Shown: positions 28,576-37,809 of the stretch, one piece after another | How positions within the stretch are numbered: position 1 is the stretch's first letter | Layout: each line of letters opens with the position of its first letter | Assembly: GCA_964229475.1 (NCBI GenBank) | Contig: CAXRFJ010000605.1 | Coordinates: forward strand, 1 to 46,140 | Reading direction: 5' to 3' | DNA from: Rubrivirga sp. | Lineage (GTDB): Bacteria > Bacteroidota > Rhodothermia > Rhodothermales > Rubricoccaceae | DNA length: 46,140 nucleotides | Program-made: the position numbers and the translations under genes | The notes under the pieces: model-generated | What the model was told of the DNA's origin: nothing | What the model saw: only the letters and a program-made list of their open reading frames with translations | Database searches by the model: none

Positions 28576-30123
28576 GTGCCCGACGCCCCCGCCGACCTCG
28601 ACCGCGACCTCGCGGACGCCGACCTCATGCTGGAGCGCGACGCCGACGACCCGGCGCCGCCCCCGCAGCGGCTCCAGCGGGCCGGGCTGATCGGCGGGGC
28701 GCTCCTGTTCGCGGCCCTCCTCGCGCTCCCCACGCCCGAGGGGCTGTCGGTCGAGGGCTGGCGGTGCGCGGCCGTCGCCCTCCTCATGGCGGCGTGGTGG
28801 ATCACCGAGGCCATCCCGATCCCGGCGACGGCGCTCCTCCCGCTCGTCCTCTTCCCCGCCCTCGGCGTCCTGCCCGTGGACGAGGCCGCGGCGCCGTTCG
28901 CGAACCCGCTCATCTACCTCTACCTCGGCGGCTTTCTGCTTGCCCTCGGGATGCAGCGGTGGGGCCTCCACCGGCGGATCGCGCTCACGATCGTCCGGCT
29001 CGTCGGCGACAGCCCGCGGCGGATCGCGTTCGGCTTCCTCCTCGCGGCGGCGTTCGTCTCGATGTGGGTCAGCAACACGGCCACGGCGCTGATGATGCTG
29101 CCCATCGGCGTGAGCGTGGCCGGGCTGGTCGGCGAGGGCGCCGAGGGCTCGACGCGGCGCCACTTCGGCATCGTCATCGCGCTCTCCATCGCCTACGGCG
29201 CCACCGTCGGCGGCGTGGGGACGATCATCGGGACGCCGCCGAACGCGCTTCTCGCCGGCTTCCTGAGCGAGACCTACGGCGTCGAGATCGGGTTCGGGCA
29301 GTGGATGCTGCTCGGCGTGCCGGTCGTCGCCATCGGGCTCCCGCTCGTGTTCGCCGTCCTCGTGCGGATCTACCCCCTCGGCCGCGAGCCGATGGCGCGG
29401 GGCGCGGCCTACGTCCGCGACGAGCTCCGGGAGATGGGGCCGATGTCGGGGCCAGAGCGTGTCGTCGCGCTCGTGTTCGGCCTCGTCGCGGCGCTCTGGA
29501 TGTTCGGACCGCTCGTGCGCGACGTGCTCCCGAGCCTCAGCGACACGGCGATCGCGATGGGCGGCGCCCTCCTCCTCTTCCTGATCCCGGCCGACTGGCG
29601 GCGGATGGAGTTCGTGCTCGACTGGCGGAGCGCCGAGGCCCTGCCGTGGGGCGTGCTGATCCTGTTCGGCGGCGGGCTGTCGCTGGCGGCGGCCATCCAG
29701 GCGACCGGCCTCGCCGCCTACATCGGCGCCCTCCTCGTGGGCCTCGGCGGGCTCCCGACGCTGGCCGTCGTCGCCGTCATCGCGCTCGTGATCCTGCTGC
29801 TGACGGAGATGACCAGCAACACGGCGACGGCGGCGGCCTTCCTGCCCGTCGTCGCGGCGCTGGCGCTGGCGCTCGGCGAGAGCCCCCTCCTGCTGGCCGT
29901 GCCGACGGCGCTCGCGGCGTCGTGCGCGTTCGCGCTGCCGGTCGGCACGCCGCCGAACGCGATCGTGTTCGGGAGCGACCTCGTCACGCTCCCCGAGATG
30001 GCGCGGGCCGGCGTCTGGCTGAACCTCGCGTTCGTCGTCCTCGTGACGGCCGCGGCCTACCTCCTGCTCCCCCTCGTCTTCGGCGTCGTCTACGGGCAGG
30101 TGCCGGCGTGGGCGGCCCCCTGA
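28576..30123 (+). CDS. SLC13/DASS sodium-dependent dicarboxylate/anion symporter
   Basis: WWITEAIPIPATALLP, SMWVSNTATA, IGTPPNA, TEMTSNTATA, FALPVGTPPNAIVF. Confidence 0.93.
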   Translation: MPDAPADLDRDLADADLMLERDADDPAPPPQRLQRAGLIGGALLFAALLALPTPEGLSVEGWRCAAVALLMAAWWITEAIPIPATALLPLVLFPALGVLPVDEAAAPFANPLIYLYLGGFLLALGMQRWGLHRRIALTIVRLVGDSPRRIAFGFLLAAAFVSMWVSNTATALMMLPIGVSVAGLVGEGAEGSTRRHFGIVIALSIAYGATVGGVGTIIGTPPNALLAGFLSETYGVEIGFGQWMLLGVPVVAIGLPLVFAVLVRIYPLGREPMARGAAYVRDELREMGPMSGPERVVALVFGLVAALWMFGPLVRDVLPSLSDTAIAMGGALLLFLIPADWRRMEFVLDWRSAEALPWGVLILFGGGLSLAAAIQATGLAAYIGALLVGLGGLPTLAVVAVIALVILLLTEMTSNTATAAAFLPVVAALALALGESPLLLAVPTALAASCAFALPVGTPPNAIVFGSDLVTLPEMARAGVWLNLAFVVLVTAAAYLLLPLVFGVVYGQVPAWAAP

Positions 30124-30127
30124 CCCC

Positions 30128-30487
30128 ATGAAGCTCCGCATCCAGGGCAACTCGATCCGCCTCCGCCTGACCCGTTCCGAGGTCCGCCGTCTCGCCGAGG
30201 CGGGCGAGGTCGTGGCCGAGACGCGCGTCGCGCCGGGGTCGTCGCTCGTCTACCGGCTCCAAACGACCGACCGCGCCGGCCTCGGGGCCTCGCTGAGCGG
30301 AGTCGCGCTGACTGTGTCCGTCCCCAGGGACTGGGTCGCGGGCTGGCCGGACGACGAGCGCGTCGGCTTCGAGGGCACGCAGGACGCGGGCGACGGGCGA
30401 CGGCTGGCGCTCCTCGTGGAGAAGGACTTCGACTGCCTCCATCGGCGGCCCGACGAGACGGACCTGTTCCCGAACCCCGATGCCTGA
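30128..30487 (+). CDS. Small conserved hypothetical (probably DUF7009-like)
   Basis: MKLRIQGNSIRLRLTRSEV...LLVEKDFDCL...FPNP; overlaps the mobA start. Family name is from recall and has not been checked. Confidence 0.75.
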   Translation: MKLRIQGNSIRLRLTRSEVRRLAEAGEVVAETRVAPGSSLVYRLQTTDRAGLGASLSGVALTVSVPRDWVAGWPDDERVGFEGTQDAGDGRRLALLVEKDFDCLHRRPDETDLFPNPDA

Positions 30488-31043
30488 CCCCGCCGAGGTC
30501 ACCGGGCTCATCCTGGCGGGCGGGTCGTCCCGGCGGTTCGGGCGCGACAAGGCGCTCGCGGAGTTGGCCGGCGTCCCGTTCGTCGCGCTCGTCCACGCCG
30601 CGCTCGCGCCGCACGTCGGGGCGATGCGGATCGCGACCGGCGCCGAGCCGCGCACCTACCCGGTGCCGGCGGAGATCGTGCTCGACGCCGCGCCCGACGC
30701 CGGTCCGCTCGCGGGGCTCGTGGCCGGCCTCGAGGCCGCCGAGACGCCCTGGCTCCTGTCGGCCGCCGTCGACCTGCCCTCCCTCACGCCGGCCGCCCTC
30801 CGCCCGCTTCTCTCGACCGAGGCAGGCCGGGCTGACGCCCTCGTCGCCGTCGACGCCGACGGCCGCCGCCAGCCGACGCTGGCGCTGTGGCGCGTGGCGA
30901 CGGCGGGGCCGGCCGCCCGGGCGTGCCTCATGGAGCGCCGGCTGGCGCTGCGGGACCTGCTGGCGCGGCTGGCGGTGCGGGAGGTCGCGATCGAGGGCGG
31001 CGCGCTCCTCAACGTCAACGCACCTGAGGACGCGCCCTCTTGA
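30480..31043 (+). CDS. mobA: Molybdenum cofactor guanylyltransferase
   Basis: GLILAGGSSRRFGRDKA, GPLAGL, AVDLP, LLNVNAPED. Confidence 0.9.
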   Translation: MPDPAEVTGLILAGGSSRRFGRDKALAELAGVPFVALVHAALAPHVGAMRIATGAEPRTYPVPAEIVLDAAPDAGPLAGLVAGLEAAETPWLLSAAVDLPSLTPAALRPLLSTEAGRADALVAVDADGRRQPTLALWRVATAGPAARACLMERRLALRDLLARLAVREVAIEGGALLNVNAPEDAPS

Positions 31044-31079
31044 GACCTCCCCCTCCCGTGAGGCACCGGTAGGAGAACG

Positions 31080-33836
31080 TCATCGGGTGACGACCAGGCG
31101 AATCGCTCCAGCCCACCGCTCCCCCTCCGCTCGGAGGATGTAGACCCCAGGGGCCTCGGGCATCCCGATCGCGACCTCGCCTGCGGCACTCGCCCACTGT
31201 GCGATGCGCCGTCCGAGTACGTCGTAGAGCACGAGTCGAGCGGGGGCCCCGAGCCAGACGCGGGCATCGCCTCCTGCTCGGCTCGGATTTGGGCCGGCGA
31301 CGCGCAGGCGTACCCCGGCGGAGGGCGCCTCTTCGGCCGTGACCTCGACCGCCCCGTCGACGCGCACGACCCCAGCGATGCGAATCGGGGACGCGGGGTT
31401 GACCGCCGGAGCCGGTCGTGAGTTCAGGGCGACGTATGCCGTGGTCCCGTCCAACACGACGGCGCCCGTCTCCGCGACCAGGGTGGCAAAGCCGGGCAGT
31501 GGAACGGCCTCATGGCCCGCTCCCTCCCCCCGGATCAGGACTGGGAAGCCTTCGGGGTCATATCCGGCTGCGACGACCTGCCCCTCGGGTCCCGCGGCGA
31601 CGCCTGTGAGGCGGACGTCCCCCTCGACTTGGACGTCGCTCCGGATCGTGCCGGCCGGATCGATCGACACGGCCCGCGTCGCGACCGCCGTGCGCTCCCC
31701 GGAGTAGATCGCCGCCACACGTCCATCGTCCGCGACGTCGAGGGCGTGGACTCCCGCCAAGCTCGCGCCGATGCCCGTTCTGCGGACCGCCCCGCCAGAG
31801 GAAAAGCGGAACACCCCCGCTCCCACACACGCGCCCGTGTCCTCGTCCCGCGCTCCGTTGACGCTCACGTAGACCTTCCCCTGGCCGTCGGATGCGGACT
31901 GGCTCGGCTGGCCGTAGGGCAGACGGCACGAGGCGCGGTCGAGCGTCCTCTCTTCGAGACGCCCCCCGCCGGGCCCGAACCGCTCGACGTGGACATCCGC
32001 CGCATCGCGTTCCCACACGACGGCGATGCCATCAGGCGTCGTGTGGAGCCCGACGGGGCGGGCCGCTGCTCCGTCTGCCACGAGCGTGTTCCAGACCTCG
32101 TGTCCCCGTGCGTCGAGACGGAGAAGGCGGATGGCGTTCCGCTCCTGGCTCCTGTCGGACAGGAGTACGACGGCGCCGTCCGCCGTCGCGAGGATCCCCC
32201 CGGCCTCGGCGACATCGCTGCCGATCGTCTGCCTCCACTCGACCTCCCCACTCGGAGCGACCGAGGCGATCAGCACGCGCCGTGTGGCGGCCGCCTCGTC
32301 GGTGGCGGAGCCCGCGACGAGGAGACCACCGCGGGGCGTGCTCGCGACCGTCGCAGGGGCATCGGTCGTCCCACCGCCATCGACGGTGGCCATCCAGTCG
32401 AGATCGCCTCCCGGCGTGAGCCGGCCGACGAACAGGTCGGCGTCTTCCGCTCCGGTCCAGACCCGTCCGGTGGCGTACGCGCCGCCGCCCGGCCCACCGA
32501 CGACGTGGGCGATCGCGACCCGGGGATACGGAGCGCCATCCAGTTCCAGCGCCCACGCCGGGCTCCCATCGGGCCCCCGGGCGGTCAGCGATGTCCGCGA
32601 GGCGAAGCACGTCGCGCCTGCGCCGCACGCGACGAGCGCCCGTCCCGCCCCGTCCCTGATTCCTCCCGCTTCATGCCAGCGTTCGGACCCGTCGGTGGCG
32701 AGGGCGCCCCACGCGGCCCAACCGGCCTGCGCGTGGAACAAGACGCCCTCGCCATCAGCGACGAGCCGGCGTGGCGTCTGACCGCTCGGTTCCGGGACGT
32801 CCCAGCGGGGGGCACCCGTCTCGCCGTCGACGCGAGCGAGCCGGGACGTGGTGCTCCCGCTCCTCCATGCGACGTAGGCGTCCCCGTCTCGCATGATGGC
32901 CGTCCACGGGGAGGCTCGCGCCGGCCGCGCCCCGTCGGCGGCGGGACCCAACTCCGTGGCCCATCGGACCTCGCCACTGACGGAGACCCGCTGGACCACG
33001 GCCGATGCGGCGCCGCGCCCGACCGTCCCGAGCACGATCACGTCGCCGGGCTCGTCCTCGTCGAACGCGAGGGCCGTCCCGAGGAATCCGTCGGCAAGGG
33101 GCGCCGTCTCCCCGTCTCCATCGGGAGTGACGACGGCCAGCGAGTCGGATCCGACGAGGGCGACGGCTCGGCCACCGGGGAGCACGGTGAGCGCCTGGAC
33201 TCCGCGGACGTCCCAACTCATCACGCCCTCGGGAGGCGGCCCCGAGGACACCCACCGCGCGCGCTCGACGCCGTCCGCATCAAGCCGGGTCAGCACGGCG
33301 TCGGGGCGGAGAGGGAACTCCCGTTGTTCCGACGTGCCCACCCACACGCCACCACGGCCGTCGGGCTCGAGATCGAGTTGGAGGACCTCGCCCGGTAGCT
33401 CAGCAGCCCACGCCGTCCCTCCGGCTTCGACACGAGCGACGAGTCCGGTCGCCGGATGCGCCGCCCGCGCACCGACGACGCAGGCGTCTCCGACCGCGGC
33501 CACCGCGTCCGCTACGGCACCGAGCGACGGCCACTGCGGCACTGCATGCGACCAGCGCTCCCCCCCGTCGGCCCCGAGCCTCCTGACGACCGGCCCGAAC
33601 GTCGCGCCGGGGAGGGTCTCCATGACCGCGACGCAGACGTCACCACCCGGCGCCGAGGCCGCGACGACGTGGCCCACCGCGGTGAGGTCGCTCCCTGGGA
33701 CCGTCGGGGAATCCCACGTCGCCGCCCACCTCACCTCGCCCGGTACGAAGTCGGCCGGCGGCCACCCCTGCGCTGAGCCACAGCGCGCCGCGAAAAAGAC
33801 GACGGTCGCGCACGCCGTCCAGAGCTTCCTGTTCAT
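31080..33836 (-). CDS. Secreted beta-propeller protein with a T9SS-type C-terminal sorting domain
   Basis: Signal peptide; repeated xGxxxW propeller blades (DGGERW, SGEVRW, GGDLDW, SGEVEW); CTD GPNPSR...LVLYDVLGRRI...PGVYILR...LVVTR; many A/T-ending codons. Confidence 0.78.
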   Translation of the reverse strand: MNRKLWTACATVVFFAARCGSAQGWPPADFVPGEVRWAATWDSPTVPGSDLTAVGHVVAASAPGGDVCVAVMETLPGATFGPVVRRLGADGGERWSHAVPQWPSLGAVADAVAAVGDACVVGARAAHPATGLVARVEAGGTAWAAELPGEVLQLDLEPDGRGGVWVGTSEQREFPLRPDAVLTRLDADGVERARWVSSGPPPEGVMSWDVRGVQALTVLPGGRAVALVGSDSLAVVTPDGDGETAPLADGFLGTALAFDEDEPGDVIVLGTVGRGAASAVVQRVSVSGEVRWATELGPAADGARPARASPWTAIMRDGDAYVAWRSGSTTSRLARVDGETGAPRWDVPEPSGQTPRRLVADGEGVLFHAQAGWAAWGALATDGSERWHEAGGIRDGAGRALVACGAGATCFASRTSLTARGPDGSPAWALELDGAPYPRVAIAHVVGGPGGGAYATGRVWTGAEDADLFVGRLTPGGDLDWMATVDGGGTTDAPATVASTPRGGLLVAGSATDEAAATRRVLIASVAPSGEVEWRQTIGSDVAEAGGILATADGAVVLLSDRSQERNAIRLLRLDARGHEVWNTLVADGAAARPVGLHTTPDGIAVVWERDAADVHVERFGPGGGRLEERTLDRASCRLPYGQPSQSASDGQGKVYVSVNGARDEDTGACVGAGVFRFSSGGAVRRTGIGASLAGVHALDVADDGRVAAIYSGERTAVATRAVSIDPAGTIRSDVQVEGDVRLTGVAAGPEGQVVAAGYDPEGFPVLIRGEGAGHEAVPLPGFATLVAETGAVVLDGTTAYVALNSRPAPAVNPASPIRIAGVVRVDGAVEVTAEEAPSAGVRLRVAGPNPSRAGGDARVWLGAPARLVLYDVLGRRIAQWASAAGEVAIGMPEAPGVYILRAEGERWAGAIRLVVTR

Positions 33837-34100
33837 CCTCTACGATTTGAGTCTGCGCATGAATCTATTGCGGCTGACGCCCCCTGCCCCGAACAACGGC
33901 GGCCCGCACCCGGCGCGGGCAGGGGATCAGCTCAGAGACCGTGGCAGCCGCCTCGCCTCAGCGATTCGACCGGTGCCGAGGGCCGGTGCGAGCCGACGCC
34001 CGGCCCCGTGACCGGATCGCGCGGCAACGCGTCGATGGCGAACCCTCCGGCCCTGCGTCGAGCACGCCGCGGCCCGGCTGCGACGCAACCCTTAGGCCCC

Positions 34101-35240
34101 TCAACGGGAGGCCGGCGCTCGGGAGACGAACGGATCGGACCACCGCGGGTCGGTGGTGATCATCGTGTCGGTGAGGGTGCGCAGGAAAGCCACGAGGTCG
34201 GCCCGCTCGGCGTCCGTGAAGGCCGGGCGGATCGGCCGACCGCCCCGGCGCAGGCGGGGGTCGAGGGTGGGGCTGATCCGGACGCCGGCGCTGTAGTGGT
34301 CGACGACCTCCTCAAGCGTCGCGAAGCGGCCGTCGTGCATGTAGGGCGCCGTGAGCGCGACGTTGCGGAGCGAGACGGTCTTGAAGGCGCCCCGGCCCCG
34401 GCCGCGGCTGCTCACGCCCGTGTCGGCGAACGTCGAGTCCAGCCCGTTGTTGGTGGCCCCGTTCCCCATGAACATGTCGCCCGAGTGGCACTGCTCGCAC
34501 CGCCCCTCGCCGAAGAACAGCTCGAGCCCGCGGTTTTCCTGCGCCGTCAGCCCGGCGAGGGGTCGGCCGAACACTCCCTCCTCGGCCTGGCGCGCGGCGT
34601 CGTAGCGGGAGTTGGAGGCCACGATGGAGCGGACGAACTGGGCCAGCGCCCGCGCGACGCGGCTCGAGGTGACCTCGGGCGTGCCGAACGCGTCGGCGAA
34701 GAGGCCGGGGTAGAAGTCGGTGGCCGCGAGCCGGGCCTCGAGCTCCTCGAGCGTCATGCCCATCTCGACGGGGTCCTGGATCGGCTCCAGCGCCAGGGCC
34801 TCGAGCGTCCGGGCGCGGCCGTCCCAGAAGAACCGGCGGTTGCGCTCGTACCGTGCGAACGCCAGCGCCATCGAGTTCCGGTCCGTCGGCTCCCCCCGGA
34901 ACCCGACGCTGAGGGGCCGGGGGTCCGAAAAGCCGTGCTCCTGCCGGTGGCACGTCGCGCACGAGACCGTCCCGTTCTGCGACAGGCGGACGTCGTAGAA
35001 GAGGACGCGGCCGAGCGTCGCGCCGGCGTCGGTGATCGGGTTGTCGTCCGGCGTGTTGTCCCACCGGAGGACCGAGGGGTGCTGGAGGTGGAGCGGCAGT
35101 TCGGCGCCGTCGTAGTCGTAGGGCGTCTCGGGGAGGACGGGGGTACCGGCCATCCGTGCGGAGAACGTGGCCCCGAGGGTGACCACGGAGACGAGGGCGA
35201 GCGACGCGAGCCGGGCCCGAGGAGTCGACGCAATCGGCAT
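34101..35240 (-). CDS. Diheme cytochrome c peroxidase/MauG-family protein
   Basis: LGRVLFYDVRLS, CATCH, FFWDGRA, CEQCH, FKTVSLRNVALTAPYMHDG; N-terminal hydrophobic signal. Start uncertain (35240 or 35267). Confidence 0.9.
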   Translation of the reverse strand: MPIASTPRARLASLALVSVVTLGATFSARMAGTPVLPETPYDYDGAELPLHLQHPSVLRWDNTPDDNPITDAGATLGRVLFYDVRLSQNGTVSCATCHRQEHGFSDPRPLSVGFRGEPTDRNSMALAFARYERNRRFFWDGRARTLEALALEPIQDPVEMGMTLEELEARLAATDFYPGLFADAFGTPEVTSSRVARALAQFVRSIVASNSRYDAARQAEEGVFGRPLAGLTAQENRGLELFFGEGRCEQCHSGDMFMGNGATNNGLDSTFADTGVSSRGRGRGAFKTVSLRNVALTAPYMHDGRFATLEEVVDHYSAGVRISPTLDPRLRRGGRPIRPAFTDAERADLVAFLRTLTDTMITTDPRWSDPFVSRAPASR

Positions 35241-35313
35241 GTCGAGCAGCGTGGGGCGGAGGGCCAACGTACGGGGGCGGAGGCCCGTGTGGTTGCGGGA
35301 GGCCCCGAACAGC

Positions 35314-35352
35314 GAGCGCCCGCCCCCTGAGAAGGGGGGCGGGCGCTCTTTT
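35314..35352. terminator. Intrinsic terminator-like hairpin downstream of ahcY
   Basis: GAGCGCCCGCCCCCT-GAGAA-GGGGGGCGGGCGCTC followed by TTTT on the + strand. Confidence 0.6.
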
Positions 35353-35417
35353 CCGGGAGGCTATGGCGGTAGCCGCCCCGGCTCGGTCCGCCTCGGAGGT
35401 GACCCCGAGGCGGGGAA

Positions 35418-36713
35418 TCAGGTGCCGGCCGAGTAGTCGGTGGCGTAGGCCACCTGCTCGTCCGACAGCGTGTCGATGGCGAGGCCCATCGTCTCGAGCT
35501 TGATCCCGGCGATCTCCTGGTCGAGCTCCTCGGGGAGGTCGAGGACCGTGTTCGGTAGCTCCTCGCCGGCCTCGTGGCGCTGGATCAGCGCGAGGTGGGC
35601 CTGGAACTGGTTGGCGAAGCTCATGTCCATGACCTCCGACGGGTGGCCCTCGGCGGCGGCGAGGTTCACGAGGCGGCCGTCGGCGAGGACGTAGACCTTC
35701 CGGCCGTTGTCCATCGTGTACTCGACGTTGTCCTCGCGGATCGTCCGCTTCGAGACGGCGATGTCGTTGAGCGCGACGAGGTCGATCTCGACGTCGTAGT
35801 GGCCCGTGTTGCAGACGATGGCGCCCTCCTTCATCGAGACGAAGTGCTCGCCGCGGATGACGTCGCGCATGCCGGTCGCGGTGACGAAGATGTCGCCGAC
35901 CTTGGCGGCCTCCTCCATCGTCATCACGCGCATGCCGTCGAGCGTGGCCTTGAGGGCCGCCGTCGGCTTGATCTCGGTGACGATGACGTTGGCGCCCATG
36001 CCCTTCGCCCGCATCGCGACGCCGCGGCCGCAGTGGCCGTAGCCGGCGACGACGAAGTTCTTGCCCGCGAGCAGCACCGACGACGCGCGGAGGATGCCGT
36101 CGAGCGTCGACTGGCCGGTCCCGTAGACGTTGTCGAAGTCCCACTTCGTCTCGGCGTCGTTGACGGCGTAGACGGGGTAGAGCAGCTTGCCGTCCTCGGC
36201 CATCGCGCGGAGGCGGTGGACGCCGGTCGTCGTCTCCTCGGAGCCGCCGATGATGTCGTCGGCCTTCTCGGGGAACTGGCTGTGGACGCGGAAGATGAGG
36301 TCGGCCCCGTCGTCGAGCGTCGTGCTCGGCGTGGTGTCGATGGTCCGGTCGATGCACCAGTAGAAGGCCTCGGTGTCCTGGCCGTACCACGCGTAGATCT
36401 CGACGCCGTCGCCGTCACCGTTGGGCCCGAGCGCGAGCGCCGCGGCGACCGAATCGTTGGTCGAGAGCGGGTTGCAGCCGCTCCACGCCACCTCGGCGCC
36501 ACACGCCTTGAGCGTCTCGATGAGCACGGCCGTCTCCTTCGTGACGTGGAGGCACCCGGTGATCTTGTAGCCCGCGAACGGCTGGGTCTGGGCGTACTCC
36601 TCGCGGAGCTTCATGAGGACCGGCATCCGGCTCTCGGCCCACTCGATCCGCTTGCGGCCTTCCGCGGCGAGCGAGAGGTCGGCGACCTTGTACTGTCCTT
36701 CCTTGTGGTCCAT
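35418..36713 (-). CDS. ahcY: Adenosylhomocysteinase
   Basis: CLHVTKET, SGCNPLST, LDDGADL, EETTTGV, FDNVYGTGQS, AGYGHCGRG, GRLVNL, GHPSEVMDMSF. Confidence 0.97.
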   Translation of the reverse strand: MDHKEGQYKVADLSLAAEGRKRIEWAESRMPVLMKLREEYAQTQPFAGYKITGCLHVTKETAVLIETLKACGAEVAWSGCNPLSTNDSVAAALALGPNGDGDGVEIYAWYGQDTEAFYWCIDRTIDTTPSTTLDDGADLIFRVHSQFPEKADDIIGGSEETTTGVHRLRAMAEDGKLLYPVYAVNDAETKWDFDNVYGTGQSTLDGILRASSVLLAGKNFVVAGYGHCGRGVAMRAKGMGANVIVTEIKPTAALKATLDGMRVMTMEEAAKVGDIFVTATGMRDVIRGEHFVSMKEGAIVCNTGHYDVEIDLVALNDIAVSKRTIREDNVEYTMDNGRKVYVLADGRLVNLAAAEGHPSEVMDMSFANQFQAHLALIQRHEAGEELPNTVLDLPEELDQEIAGIKLETMGLAIDTLSDEQVAYATDYSAGT

Positions 36714-36948
36714 GGTCGGGGCCGGCCGCGCCGGCGCAAGTGGCGTGCGTAGATCTGGGACGAGAAACCTACGGCCCGGGATCTCGCACTCGGGCTAGGA
36801 CTCTGCAAAGTCAGGGCGCTCCGGACCGTCCGGACGATACCGAGCGCTCCATACGCCGACCGCTGGCGACGTGGGATTCGTGCAAGCGCATGAGATCCTG
36901 GCCCGCAGACGGGCCTATCGTGACGGAACGCATCACCCCTTCCTTCCT

Positions 36949-37758
36949 ATGCCCCACCCCTGGGTTCTCGAATGGTATCACCTGGGCGACGTCATCTCGA
37001 TCGTCCACGGCTTCACGAGACGGCGTGCGAGTCTCCTCCGGAGCCTGCGCCAGCTTTCCCCGACCAACTTCCGCCGGGTCGTCCGGTCCGAGGCCGACGC
37101 TCAAGGAGGCTCGCCCGAGTTGGCCCGGCGTGTGCGGACGATCGCGCGGGGGACTGCGAGGGGGACTCGGGATTGGAGGGGGAGTGCGTTCGACGACCTC
37201 GACATCCGCTTCGTGACGATGGAGAACGAGAAGCGGGGCGAAGCGCTCCTCACTCCAGACACGCTCTACCTCCCGTGGGCCCCCCTCGCCGTAGACCGCG
37301 CAATCGAGACGAAGCGGAAGGACCTGGGCATCTCCCTCGGCTCGCTCCCCCGGGAGGCGACCGACGGCGACCACATGTGGATGATGGCGGCCATGACGGC
37401 GACCGACTACCTCGCGAAGTGCACCCCCGCCTCCCTTCCCTCCGACGACCCCAGAAAGGCGTTCCGCGCCATCGAGGACGAAGCCAAGCGCAGGACCCCC
37501 GCGATACGTCTCCGGTCCGGGAGCACGGTGCCTGCCGTCGGCATCACGAAAAACACCGATGTCGGGACGTTCGTCGTCCTGCCGGACTCCGGGATGAAGC
37601 GGGAGTCCACATACCTCCTCGGGCACAGGGGCTCGTCCCTGAAGCGGCTGACCCTCGTCGTCGGGACGGAACCCAATGTGAAACAGGAGGATCCAGACAA
37701 GGTCTTCGATCCGTGGCCCTGCGGGAACCTGGGCTGTGTCTTCGACAGCGAGTGCTGA
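36949..37758 (+). CDS. Orphan protein (~269 aa) with a Cys-rich C-terminal tail
   Basis: Open frame 36871..37758 with coding-like third-position bias. The ATG at 36949 follows a pyrimidine tract like other starts here. Ends DPWPCGNLGCVFDSEC, 51 bp before the kinase. Confidence 0.65.
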   Translation: MPHPWVLEWYHLGDVISIVHGFTRRRASLLRSLRQLSPTNFRRVVRSEADAQGGSPELARRVRTIARGTARGTRDWRGSAFDDLDIRFVTMENEKRGEALLTPDTLYLPWAPLAVDRAIETKRKDLGISLGSLPREATDGDHMWMMAAMTATDYLAKCTPASLPSDDPRKAFRAIEDEAKRRTPAIRLRSGSTVPAVGITKNTDVGTFVVLPDSGMKRESTYLLGHRGSSLKRLTLVVGTEPNVKQEDPDKVFDPWPCGNLGCVFDSEC

Positions 37759-37809
37759 CGTGCAGAGGAGGGGCCCGGTAGCTTCGCCCCCCCCGCCCCC
37801 CTCTGCTCC

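Noticed and set aside
33870-33935. Imperfect hairpin GCTGA..CCCCTGCCC / GGGCAGGGG.TCAGC as an ncRNA
   Set aside because: No recognisable riboswitch or sRNA consensus; such stems arise easily at this GC content.
36714-36870. Possible SAH riboswitch upstream of ahcY (GGAGCGC motifs)
   Set aside because: The GAGGAGCGCUGC...AGGCUCGG core and pseudoknot could not be matched by eye; an Rfam/Infernal scan would be decisive.
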